In this document: piece by piece, positions 53,533 to 64,000 of the stretch
Position numbering within the stretch: the stretch's first letter is position 1
How the letters are laid out: the number at the start of each line of letters is the position of its first letter
Source of the DNA: Nageia nagi
Lineage: Eukaryota; Plantae; Pinophyta
Assembly: GCA_050084985.1 (NCBI GenBank)
Contig: JBITNC010000001.1
Location: forward strand, 171,368,001 to 171,432,000
Reading direction: 5' to 3'
DNA: 64,000 nucleotides
The notes under the pieces: model-generated
What the model saw: the letters and a program-made list of their open reading frames with translations, nothing else
Databases searched by the model: none
What the model was told of the DNA's origin: nothing
Made by a program: the position numbers and the translations under genes

Positions 53533-55054
53533 GGATCCATCAAACCTGAGTGAATCAATTGGAGTGGTTGAAATGCCCTAGTTGCCTTGTCTTTCTTAAA
53601 TTTTTGCCTTTTATTCTTTCCTAAGATGCAATTTTCACAAAGGCCAATGGAAGATGAAATAGAAGGCAATCCTTTCACAAGATCTTGATCCTTCATGAGA
53701 TGAATACTGTTGTGGTTAAAGTGGCCTAAACGAGGTTGCCTTTAGAAGAAACATTTGAGGCAAGACATAACTTAGTAGGCACTTGATCAACTATAAAAAA
53801 CTCATTCTTAACCGCTCCTTCTATCAAGGTGGCAAACCCTTTTTTTAAACTCCACAAGTTCAAAGTGAACTCAAAGGTATATCCCTTTCTTGCAATTCGA
53901 ATAACTAACAAAAGATTCATCCTAACTTAGGCAAAAAGAGCATATTTTCAATCACCTTCCCATGCATCAAGATGCTTCCAATCCTTTCAACTTCAAGCAT
54001 TGAGTTATCACCTATTACTACCGCATCCTTCCTATGTTTGTGAAAATTTTCAAACTTATTCCTTTCAAAGCTCATATGGCTAGTGTAACTTGAATCAACA
54101 ACCCAATCATTTGTAAAGGTATGAGACTTGGAATAAAAAGCACAAACATAAGCACCTTTCTTATTCTTCTTTCCTTTAAAGTTGTCCACATTATCTTTGC
54201 CTTTGCCAGTTTCCTCCCCCTTTTTCTTGAAGCAATTGTTCTCTTTGTGACCATAGATGCCACAATAGTTACAATTTTCATCAAACGTTTCTTTTAGGCA
54301 CATGAGGTTTGTTTGATTTTCTATTGTGATCATGATGATTGTTGTCATACTTCTTTGCATTTCTCTTAGGATGAACATGAGAGGTCTTGTAATTTTTGAA
54401 CTTCTTCTTGAAGCGAGTCGACTTAGTTGCACCTAAAGCAACATTTGGCTCCTTAGGAGAAGAAATCAACACCTTCTTGTTAATGGTTTCTTCAAGCTTT
54501 AAGAGGAGTCTAGAAAGATTCTCAAAAGAGAAGACATCCTCTTCATCATCAAGTCTAGTCTCGATAACAATCACAAAGTGACTAAACTTGATTGAAAGGC
54601 TTTGTAGGATGATGAACACCATAAATTCATCATTTATCCAATTACACCCACAACTCACAAGCGGAGTCTTGAGATCAACGATCTTATTCAAATAAATTGC
54701 CATACCTTCATCATCCTTTTGACAAGATTGCAGGAGTTTTTGAACTATGGTAAATCTTCTTGAAAACTTAGACCCAAGGTAGATCTTCTTAAGCCTATCC
54801 CAAGCTTCTTTAGTGGATGTTGAGGTCGAAATCATGAGAAAAACTTCATCTAAAACTGCCTTAAAGATCATAGAAGTTGCCAACTCGTTCTTATTGTTAT
54901 AGATCTTCAGTGCTTTAACTTATGTTGGAGCAACTTGATTTTCATTCACTGTTTGCCAAAGCTTGCGTGCTTGAAGCTTCGCTTTCATCCTTGGTTCCCA
55001 AATACCATAATTGGAACCATCAAGGATGTGCTTAGAAGCAAAGGAATTTCCCAT
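53533..55054 (-). pseudogene. Copia gag-pol: gag, zinc knuckle, protease, GAG-pre-integrase, integrase start; few stops and frameshifts
   Basis: MGNSFASKHILDGSNYGIWEPRMKAKLQARKLWQTV; ORF 54281-54883 (UBN2-type gag); CNYCGIYGHKENNC; WVVDSSYTSHMS; LVKGLPSI..LCENCILGK..PLQLIHSGLMDP. Confidence 0.93.
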
Positions 55055-55122
55055 TTCTACAAAAGAAAGGTTAATTTATTAAGCCATAAGAAGTATAAAT
55101 ATATGATTTTCTATCACAATTG

Positions 55123-57209
55123 TGTTGTGACTAAAACACAACATGCCCTAAAATCTTGCGATTTTGGGGACCCTCAATGCATCATGTATATACTTTATTT
55201 TGTCGTTATCAATCCCACCCAAGTTGCGTCTCAAAGACCCAAATTCATGGACATCTTATAGTTCAAGCCTCTTCCTTCGTCTAAGGTTAGTCACGTCAAG
55301 ATAGGAATTTCAAAATCTCTAAAAAAATGGCTAAGTTTGGGAAGGGTAAAAGTTGATCTTAGGTTAACTAGGGAGTCTAGGAAGAGTCGGAGCTCGATCA
55401 AAGCAAACTAGGCATCTCCAAGGGTTGGCGCATGGTTTGAAAAGACAAAATCTTGTCTTTTTGAACCATGCGACTTGGCCAGAAGGGCAAGATGAGCAAG
55501 TTCGAAGGTTGGAAAATGATCATCAATCACCCAGGAGGCTGGCGCATGATTCAAACGCCAAGCCTAGAAAGGCTGCCAATCTAAGCAAAGTGGAAAATTT
55601 GACAAGTACAAAACCTGGAAAACTCAAGACCAACTCAAGCATACCCAAAGGGGCTGGCACATGGTCTCAAAAGATAAATTCTTGCCTTTTTGACACATGC
55701 GCCAAGCCCATGAAGCCTCCAGAATTTGAGAAAGGTAAAAATTTGGCTAAGGCATGAGCACTTAAAGATCAAATTCCGAAAAACAGGCCAACTAGAGGCT
55801 GATGCATGCTTCAAAAAGACAATCTTCTCTTTTGAACCATGTGACTAGGATGGATGGACAAGTAAGGTTGGTGCATGCCTCAAAAAGTCACAACTTGACT
55901 TTTGGAAGTATGTGCCAAGCCCACAGGTTGCCCAGGTTGAAATGAAACATCAAAATTGATAAGTCTAGCCGACCAAAAGATGCAAAATCAGGTTACAGAG
56001 TGAGTTAAGTGATCAAGGCAAGCAAGCATGAAGGTAGGAGACCCAACATTGGAAGCATACACACCCACAAGGCTGGCATATGGTTCAAAAAGTCACTTTT
56101 TGTCTTTTTTATCTATGCGCCAAGCCAAGTTGAGCATTAAAACCCAAACATTCGGGCACAGGCGACTTTATAAGAGGTTCTGGGCTAGCACACATCTTGA
56201 GGTCGATTAGGTGGGAGAAGGATATGATGAGGATCATCAACAAGGTAGAGCACAACATGGTGAAGAATGGGCCAAAGCTATCAGAGATGCTAAATGGATT
56301 GGAAATCACAGCCAAATTCTTGGACAATGACGTTGAAGGGCGTGTAGAAGCATTCGGCCCACCAAACTGCCTAGTCACAATATTTGTTGTCTTGCATTTA
56401 TTATATTTCATAAGTTATTTTTGGAGGCTTTATTTATTTGTTAATAACTTCCCAAATTTGTGATGGATAAGGATTTTCTCTCACAAATTTGGAGGACATC
56501 TTGTAATGCCATGTGGCATATTTATGTTGGACCATATTTGATTTTCTTAGAAATCGTAAATAGGGTTAAGGCAATACTTTGAGTTGCTCAAAAACTATAT
56601 ATAGCCCATATTGGCTTATTTGTGAGGATCAAACATTCTTTGCAACTAGGACTACTTAAAATAATACTCTAAAACTTACAAGTTTTCCCTTTTCGCAATT
56701 GTGATATGATTTCAAGTAATTTGAAGTGAGCTTGTTTTCATTTGAAACTATGAATGTGAATGAGTATTACATGTTAATGCTGTCTTGAATATTTGGGTCA
56801 TTTTATAAAATTAATTGGTGGATAAAAGAGTGCTTGTATATCTTTTTGAAATATTTCAAGAAGTGTTTCATTATGATGTTTCATAGTTTGCACTTAGGAT
56901 TGATGTGTTCTAAGATGACTTGTGTATGTCGTTTAGCATAAGAACTTCACCCTAGGATTGAGTCTTACCCATGCCTCACCTTTCTTTCATTGGCTTAGCG
57001 CCAAGCTCCTCTCATCAGGACGTTCGTGTTGTCACCTTTCGAGCTGGAATTGGGGTGTGTGGAACTTATATCAAACTCGCACAAGTTCGATTTTAGGAAG
57101 TCACATCGATCAATGAAAACATAGCCTAGGAGCCCAACTCATATATCATTGTCTTTTCACTCCTTTTATTTTTGCTTTCTTTTTATTTTCTTTGTGCGGC
57201 TTCGCAACA
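55123..57209 (+). mobile_element. Solo LTR (~2.1 kb) of the TGTTGTG family inserted in the copia leader
   Basis: TGTTG...GCAACA termini; flanks aattg / aacta (each one transition from AACTG); TATA-like 'ctatatatag' at ~56595; repeated 'ggctggcgcatggttcaaaaagac' motifs. Confidence 0.75.
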
Positions 57210-59139
57210 AACTACTTTTTATTTTCCCCTTTTGGAGAAACAATTATACTTGGATTAGGGACCCTTCGAGTCCTTGATTAACAAAATTATATTTTTGAGT
57301 TGGCAACAACTTTAAACATCTCCACCTCTTCGCCTGAGTGAACCCTTGCACCCTCCATTTCCAAACCTTTGAGGTAAAAGTCCTCATAGCAGGTAGGGGT
57401 AACGCCCTACCATTCAGGTGTCGAAGTCTTTCTACAAGCCTTGCAATAACATTTGCTAATCTGCAAGGGGTAGGAAAGAAAAAGCCCCCAACAAATTGCA
57501 AGTAAAAAAAATTCAACCATGTAACTCACAATCATTTAACCATCAAGCATCTAACATAACAATTGCAAATAACCAAATAATATAAACTATACATGTTTAA
57601 TATTTGTTGTAATTGAAAGGAACTTGTAAAAAAAATTTGACAAGTTGTAGGTTAACTGCATTATTGGATTAGTAATTGTAGTTAGTAAGTTGTAGGTTAG
57701 TGTTAGAAGATTGTAAGTTATATTAGTGCACTTTGTTTAACTTTAAGTATTTGAAGGTTAGTAAGTCCTAATCTACAACTGTAGTTAGCATTTTGATGTT
57801 AGTGCACATTTTACCATTGACTTAACTTAATTTGAGCATTTGTTGATTGTTTTAACCACAAATAGGAACCATACAAAACAAGGGGTTAGTAGTTTCCTTA
57901 GTTTTGGGTTAGTTACATATCAAAGTACTAGGAGCTTTCCAACATGCTCAAAATCAACACAAGTCTTAACAACTTATCATAAAAGCAAGGTTAATTAATA
58001 TCAACTTGCTTTAGGGAAGACTTAGTTCAAGAAAAAGAGCCATTTCCTCAAACATAAAAGCATTGGAGTCCACAGTATAGCGAGTTTGAAAGTGAAGCTT
58101 GTGGGCTATGCCTTCATTCCTTTGTCTCAATAGGAATGTCCATTTTTGCATTTTGTCTTCATATTCTTTCTTCTTTGTTTTCTTCCAAAGCTTGTTCATC
58201 TTCTTGTCTAGAGCCTTCATTCTCGCAATAGGACGTCTTACTTTTCTATGCTTAGAAGACATCAAAAAAACTATTTCCACATTTTAATATAAAAGTTAGG
58301 ACAAGGAGAATGTAGTGCATAAATCCACCATATATTACTCTATAAGTAATAATTATACTAAAAAAAATTCTCCTTTTTTTATTAAAAAAGTAAACAAATA
58401 ACTTTCTATTTAAAAAAATTAGGGAAATAAACTTGATCCTTTAATAATTTTCCTTATTATTTACTTGTATAAAAAATAATAATTACTTAAGGAAAAAAAA
58501 AGATTAAACTTTGTCCTTCCCCTTTTTTTTAAAAAGGTGTTAAAAAAAACTCTTCCCTTCTTTAACCAAAAAAAAGAACTCTTCCCTTTATTTTTTGTTA
58601 TAAATTTCCCCTTTTTAAAAAAATACAACCTTTAAAAGATTAAAAATTAAACTGCCATAATCAAATAGCCACAAAAAAGGTTCAACAAATAAACTTGTAG
58701 TATTTAAGGAGAGTTTTTAATTCAATGTAAGTGGCCTGCAAAACATTTAAGTCCAAAAAAGAAAACTTGTACATACCTTTTTACTACTGTACAAATTGAC
58801 AGGATCAATTAGAAAACCTTGTGCCAAAAAATTTAATTGGAGAGGAGACGGGCTAAAAAAAAATTAAGAGGGTAGAGAGATGTGCAAAAAAAGGTGTGCG
58901 TAGACGGAAGAGAGGCGACCAGTGAGTAGAGGAGCTGCACAGAGGAGCTGCGGGATTTCGTGGTGCGTTGAGGCCGCAAAGTTGGCGAGATGACACATGC
59001 TGGAAGAATGTTGACCATATTTCAGAGATGGGCGAGAGCACCCATGGTGGCACGCACAGGAAGAATGCTTCTAGAGTTATAGGGTGTGGTCACGTGCAGG
59101 AAAGAGTGCTTCCAATGTGAGAGAGGACCACCACGAAGG

Positions 59140-59360
59140 AGGAAGGGCCGCCATTGGAGTGGAAGGGTAAGGGTCCATCGCTGTGAGAGGGCTGGCTGCG
59201 TGGAGGAAGGGCTGCCACGTGAGTGGAAGGAGCCGCTGTTGGAGTGGAAGGGTCCATCGCTGGGAGAGGGCCGACTGCGGGGAGGAAGGGTCGTCACATG
59301 AGTGGAAGGGGCCGCCGTTGGAGTGGAAGGGTCCGATGCTGGGAGAGGACCGGCTGCAAG
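59140..59360. repeat. GC-rich ~79-bp tandem repeat (about 2.8 copies) in a CpG-rich island
   Basis: gaggaaggg...gagtggaaggg...gccg.tggagtggaagggtccatcgctgggagagggc recurs at 59140, 59203 and 59282. Confidence 0.85.
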
Positions 59361-59960
59361 CGTTCAAAGAGGTGGCGTTGCCTTCAATGGTGGCGTAGAT
59401 TTAAATTGAGACACTTTAAGTTTATATTTATTATGTAATATAACAAGAAATTTGCAATATGTATATTTCCTTTGCAAGTTGATATATAAATTTCCTCCGG
59501 TTTTATGTATAATTTTTCTTCTTCTTTATATATATAATTTTTTTTTTTGTTTATATATACAACAATTTTATAAATAAAAAATTGAAGGGAAGAAAGAAAA
59601 AAAAATTAAATTCTATAATTTTTATACATAATGTCAAAAGAAAATTGTAGAAATAAATTACAAAATATTATTCCTTCTATGAAATTACAAAATTATGCTC
59701 ACAAATTATATGATAGACATCATAGCTCACAACTTTGAGTAATTTTTAACAAGGAGAATTTTGAGGTTAACAAGGAATGTTAGCACAAAAAATGCCCAAC
59801 AACATGTTGAATTTTCTAAACAAAAAAGAACTAACATATATATATATACAAAATGTTAGTATCACAAATTAATTTAAACACAATGGTATACCTTGAATTG
59901 TTTTACCTCACAACTTTGGAGAAGTAGAAGAAGGGCTTCCAAGCAGGCTCTGATACCAAT

Positions 59961-60444
59961 TGAGAGAGATTAAACTCCTACATCCAAGATCACCTTGGAG
60001 TGTTCTTCTTACTTCAATTAACAACACGAGACAACACTCAATCACACACAAGGGAGAGACAATCATGTATAGTGGTTCCTCTCAAAGTGAGAGTACTCCA
60101 TTCTAACTCAAGATCTTTACTTCTGAAGGATGGTTCTTACAATGCTTACAACCTCTCAATCTTCCTGTAACCTACAAAGCATGAGCATAACTTTGCTCTC
60201 ATCAAGTGTGTTTTACAACAAGGCCAAGCTCTCTATTTATAGGAGAGAACCCCATCTTAACTCACTTTAACCAACCCTATTACCAAAGGTTTACATGAGG
60301 TTAAGAAGGATCAAGTTGCACATATTTAATTCCTAAATACTAAAAAAAGGTATTTATAAATACTTTTTAGTATTTGGATGAATTAAGTATAAGAGACATT
60401 ATTTTATTTGGATCCTAAACAATAATGCATTAGGAATTCTAACA
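59961..60444 (-). repeat. Copia 5' LTR (~484 bp)
   Basis: TG at 59961 lies 2 nt from the PBS reverse complement gctctgatacca; ends ctaaca at 60444; minus-strand TATA cctataaatagag at ~60231-60243. Confidence 0.75.
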
Positions 60445-61817
60445 AGGTGAAGAACAAGTCCACAGAGCTTATCATGTGAGTCGGTTCATCTTCAAGGTCA
60501 ACAACACATGCGTTACCAAAGTCATACTAAACAAGGATCCGAAGAAAGCCTAGGATGTGGGGACTAAGACAATGAAGGTAGACGTTGGCGAAGTCAAGAC
60601 CACCGGAGCAGAGCGGATCAGAGACATCACCAAGATGGCTAAGGAACTAGAGAAGAGCCAGAGGAAGATAGGCCCTGAAGAGGAGATCATACTCCTTAAT
60701 CCATGTCATCTGTACAAAGGGGAGACCACTCAGGGAAAAACACGCCTGGAACTAGTAGGTGGGACCTAGAACCAGCAAGTGGGGATCACTCCAAGGAAGG
60801 AGTCACATATGGAGGAGCAACTGATGGACTTATTGTTGGTATGTTTTTCTTTTCTCACCCAAAACATGCACAAGACTTGGAGGAAACAACGTTACTTGTT
60901 CCAGCTTGAAAGGACTGGTTACCCCAAGTGCTCACATGGAATATGGTCTTGATGGCTCAAAAGTTAGAAATGCATGTTGTTAACCGTATACAAGGGAAAT
61001 TCGCATTGGGATCCCTTCCCTTCGATGAAGAAAGATTGCAAAGGTGAATGAAAACAAAGAAAGATCACCAATGCAGGGACAAAACACAAGGATAATTGCA
61101 AGGAAATGTGAGGAAAGGAAAAGACCTATGAGGATATCATCAAGGATACAGTGTCTCAGTAGGTAATTTTGAGATTCATTAAGGTTGATGCATTCACTAT
61201 CAAGTCAGGCAGTAAATAGCAAATATGCTCAAATCACTACTAGACAAGAGCAAGGAGCTGTAGGGTCTTTATGGAAGACTCAGTGGAAAGGGATAAAGAT
61301 GGAGTGAGGGTGTGAGTGCATAAACCTAACCGAATTATATAAAGATAAGCTATAACCTCAAAATGTATCCACTTGCGTGCAAATTATACAAAGGAGAAGA
61401 CTCTTTCACACAAAAGATACATATACAACCCAAAGAAACGAACCACTCACATATGCATAATCCTACGAATGACATCTCACAGTATAACTTTATGACTTTA
61501 TTCCTCTAATCAAACACATTCATAATGATATTCAATAACAAAATATGCACAAAACCCTTTTTTTACAACAATCTTCTATGCAATGGAATGTGAATTTCAT
61601 GACATGCAAAGGCTTAAAATGATCATACATGTGAAGTCAATAGCATCTGAAATATGCAAGAACTCAAGTATATGATGCTTTCATTACGTGCAAAAGTCCA
61701 ATGCAAAATAGTACAAAATATGTGCATAAACTCATGTCCAAATTCCTTATACAATAGCTTTGTGTCCAAAATCCCCTTCTAAATGGCCCGAATGGGGTAT
61801 AAATAGGCCATTAGAAG

Positions 61818-62394
61818 TATAGTTAGGAAAATCGGAATCGGCCAAGCAAACAATCCAATTCGAATAGGATCCAATTTTTTTACAGAAGGATTTTTTTTTA
61901 ATTTCGGTTCCGATTTTTTTATCCTAAAAATCACGATTTTTTAGCAAAAAATGGGCCAATGATTTTTAAGGATTCTTTTGAGGATTTTTTAGGAGTAGCA
62001 CTAGATGAATGTTTTGGTTCAAATTTTGTTATTTTTTAAAGATTTTTTAGGAGTGGCACTAAATGAATGTTTTGAATCTTTTGATTCAAATTTTGTTATG
62101 TCACATTATTTAATGTGTTTTGGTCCTTGACACTTGGAGATTCGATATGTAATGCAAAACTGTACAATTTCTTTGATATGCAATGTTGGCTATTTTATGT
62201 GTTATTCTATATGGAATGTTGTCTATTTAATATTCAATGTTGAGATATAGCTAAAATTGATTTGTTTCAAATTTTCAATGTCAAATAGGAGAAATTCCTT
62301 CATTTTTTCTCTATGCTGATTTTATCTGATTTTTCAAAAAATCTAAATCCTGCAGTCAAATGATTCCGATTCGATGCCGATTTGTCTAACTATG
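61818..62394. mobile_element. hAT-type MITE (577 bp)
   Basis: TIRs tatagttaggaaaatcgg / ccgatttgtctaactatg; perfect 8-bp TSD attagaag (61810-61817 and 62395-62402); subterminal ccgatt/aatcgg repeats. Confidence 0.9.
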
Positions 62395-62799
62395 ATTAGA
62401 AGTGATGCCCTAAAGGTATCAAATATGATATGGTGTGCACACACGCAACACACATACCAATATAGCATCAAATATCATCACTCAAAACTATATAAGTGGC
62501 ATCTAAAGCTGACAAAATATAAATGCCATAGCCGCAATGCATTTAATCTACATCTAATCTATCCAATAGAAAATCAGATATGCAATAAATAGACTGAAAA
62601 GGTCTGACATCTAAATCGATGAGCAAAACCTCATCCCTGCACCGATCAGAGTCATAAATGAGTTTGATAGATTTGATTTGGTGGGAGCAAAACCTCATCC
62701 CTACACCAGTCAAATCATAATAAAGTTTGACACAACCAATATGTATGCATTAAACATAAAAAAATAGAATACCGCAGATGGGATCTACGGGTGAATTAG

Positions 62800-64000
62800 A
62801 TCTAGGTCAAATCTAATTCATCACGGGAGAAGTTCCACTCCTCGCTGGTGAGACCATAGGACTCAATGGTCTCCTCCAAGAATGCCACGATCGTTTGCAC
62901 GCCCCTAGAAATCAGGCCAATAGTGCTTCCATTCTGCTAGAAGTAGCCTTCAATCTTTTTGATTGTGGCTTGCATCTGGTACCTCCATATGACCATCTGC
63001 CTCTCGTGCACAATAGGATGTCCTACCTTTAGCAAATTGAGATCCTCAACCTCAAGATGCTCCTAGATCAAATTCTGAGCCTTTGCCAATATCGCTTCCT
63101 TCTTCCTAACGTTATTGTCTTCCCCTTGGAACTTGAGCTGATAATGATACTCGCTCATTTGTTCCTCTACTTCCTTCCGCAAAGGGATCCTCACCTTAAG
63201 GACAACGTTGCACTTTTCAAGTGCGTGGACCAACCAATCATGGTGATAGGTGAAATCATGGTAGTAGATCAATTTCTCGAGGTTATTGGCGTATGTATAC
63301 TGCAGGTGGGAAACATTGGGTAGGTAACCATCCAATGTGCCAAGGTGAGTAACAATCTGAGTTTGAGATCTCGGATCTCAACACCTTCGGCTAGGAGCTT
63401 GTAAATGTGTGAAGACAATCTTTCGATGGTCTCCAACACCTCGTTTTTGAGTTGTTCCTTCATGAGTTCCCACCCCTTATGGAAGGAAGTTTGCTTTTGC
63501 AAATGTAAGGGGGTGGTGCTGATTTCTGGAACTCTTTATGATTTTTCGGCTGGTCGTGAGTTCTTTCTTCAATCTCTTCACTTCCTTTTTGGCTTCGCAA
63601 CCTTCCTGTGGAAACAAAAGTGTCAACCCTCCAAATTTTCTCTCCATCTAAGAGTTCTTCTTCTTCATCCTTTGAATGCAAGTCCTGGTCTATATCTTCA
63701 TCCTGAGCTGTGCTCATGCTGAGGGCTCTAAGGCAAGCATCCAGGTCAAGATCTGGATGTTCAATTGCTGACAGTGGGGGAAAGCTTTGAACCAACAGTC
63801 TTCCCTTATCAACTTTCTTGACCTCTTTCGCTAGGGTGGGCAATACTCCTATCATCTCTTTGCCTTGATGCTCCTCCTGCCTTCTCTTCTTCTTTTGTTT
63901 TTCTATCTCACCTTCATCCTCTTCATCTCCTCCACTACCACCTAAAGATATACCTTTATTTCGAAGCTGGGTTGATCTATCATAACTCCTCTTGGAAGAG
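62800..64000 (-). pseudogene. Frameshifted long ORF with acidic/basic and helical segments, unknown function, probably retroelement-borne; runs off the window
   Basis: Overlapping ORFs 63460-63855, 63269-63502 and 63063-63335 join into one protein-like sequence through frameshifts. Confidence 0.5.

Larger units (their letters stand above)
53533..60444 (-). mobile_element. Ty1/copia LTR retrotransposon, 5' half (5' LTR, PBS, long leader, gag-pol up to the integrase start)
   Basis: LTR 59961-60444, tRNA-Met PBS 59947-59958 and gag ATG at 55054, all on the minus strand. Linking the LTR to this gag across 4.9 kb is inferred from orientation. Confidence 0.7.

Noticed and set aside
60445-61330. 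Possible LINE ORF1 or gene fragment (ORFs 60557-60909)
   Set aside because: No recognisable motif; short ORFs are compatible with chance.

Overview
AT-rich, repeat-saturated plant nuclear DNA, most likely a conifer or other gymnosperm (inferred from long LTRs, heavy CpG/CHG deamination, PLS-PPR debris and an apparently giant intron). Only one host-gene piece is recognisable: the terminal coding exon of a CSC1/OSCA (ERD4/TMEM63-family) channel on the minus strand (38647-38910). I could not find its upstream exon in the remaining 25 kb. The rest is nested transposon debris. From left to right: an old Tat/Ogre-type Ty3/gypsy element (minus strand) with an antisense plant-mobile-domain ORF, inserted in a CACTA transposase; CACTA 3'-region tandem arrays; an inverted pair of scrambled PPR fragments around a hairpin; two hAT derivatives with 8-bp TSDs; several solo or truncated LTRs; a Ty1/copia element with an apparently spliced multi-kb 5' leader; and three decayed pieces of an uncharacterised retroelement-associated ORF. 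The most unusual signals are (i) an LTR family that appears to have inserted repeatedly at a GGWCC site about 45 bp inside its own LTR end (49200-53538) and (ii) the copia leader intron ending 2 nt before the gag ATG. All calls come from manual reading and translation; boundaries of decayed elements are approximate.
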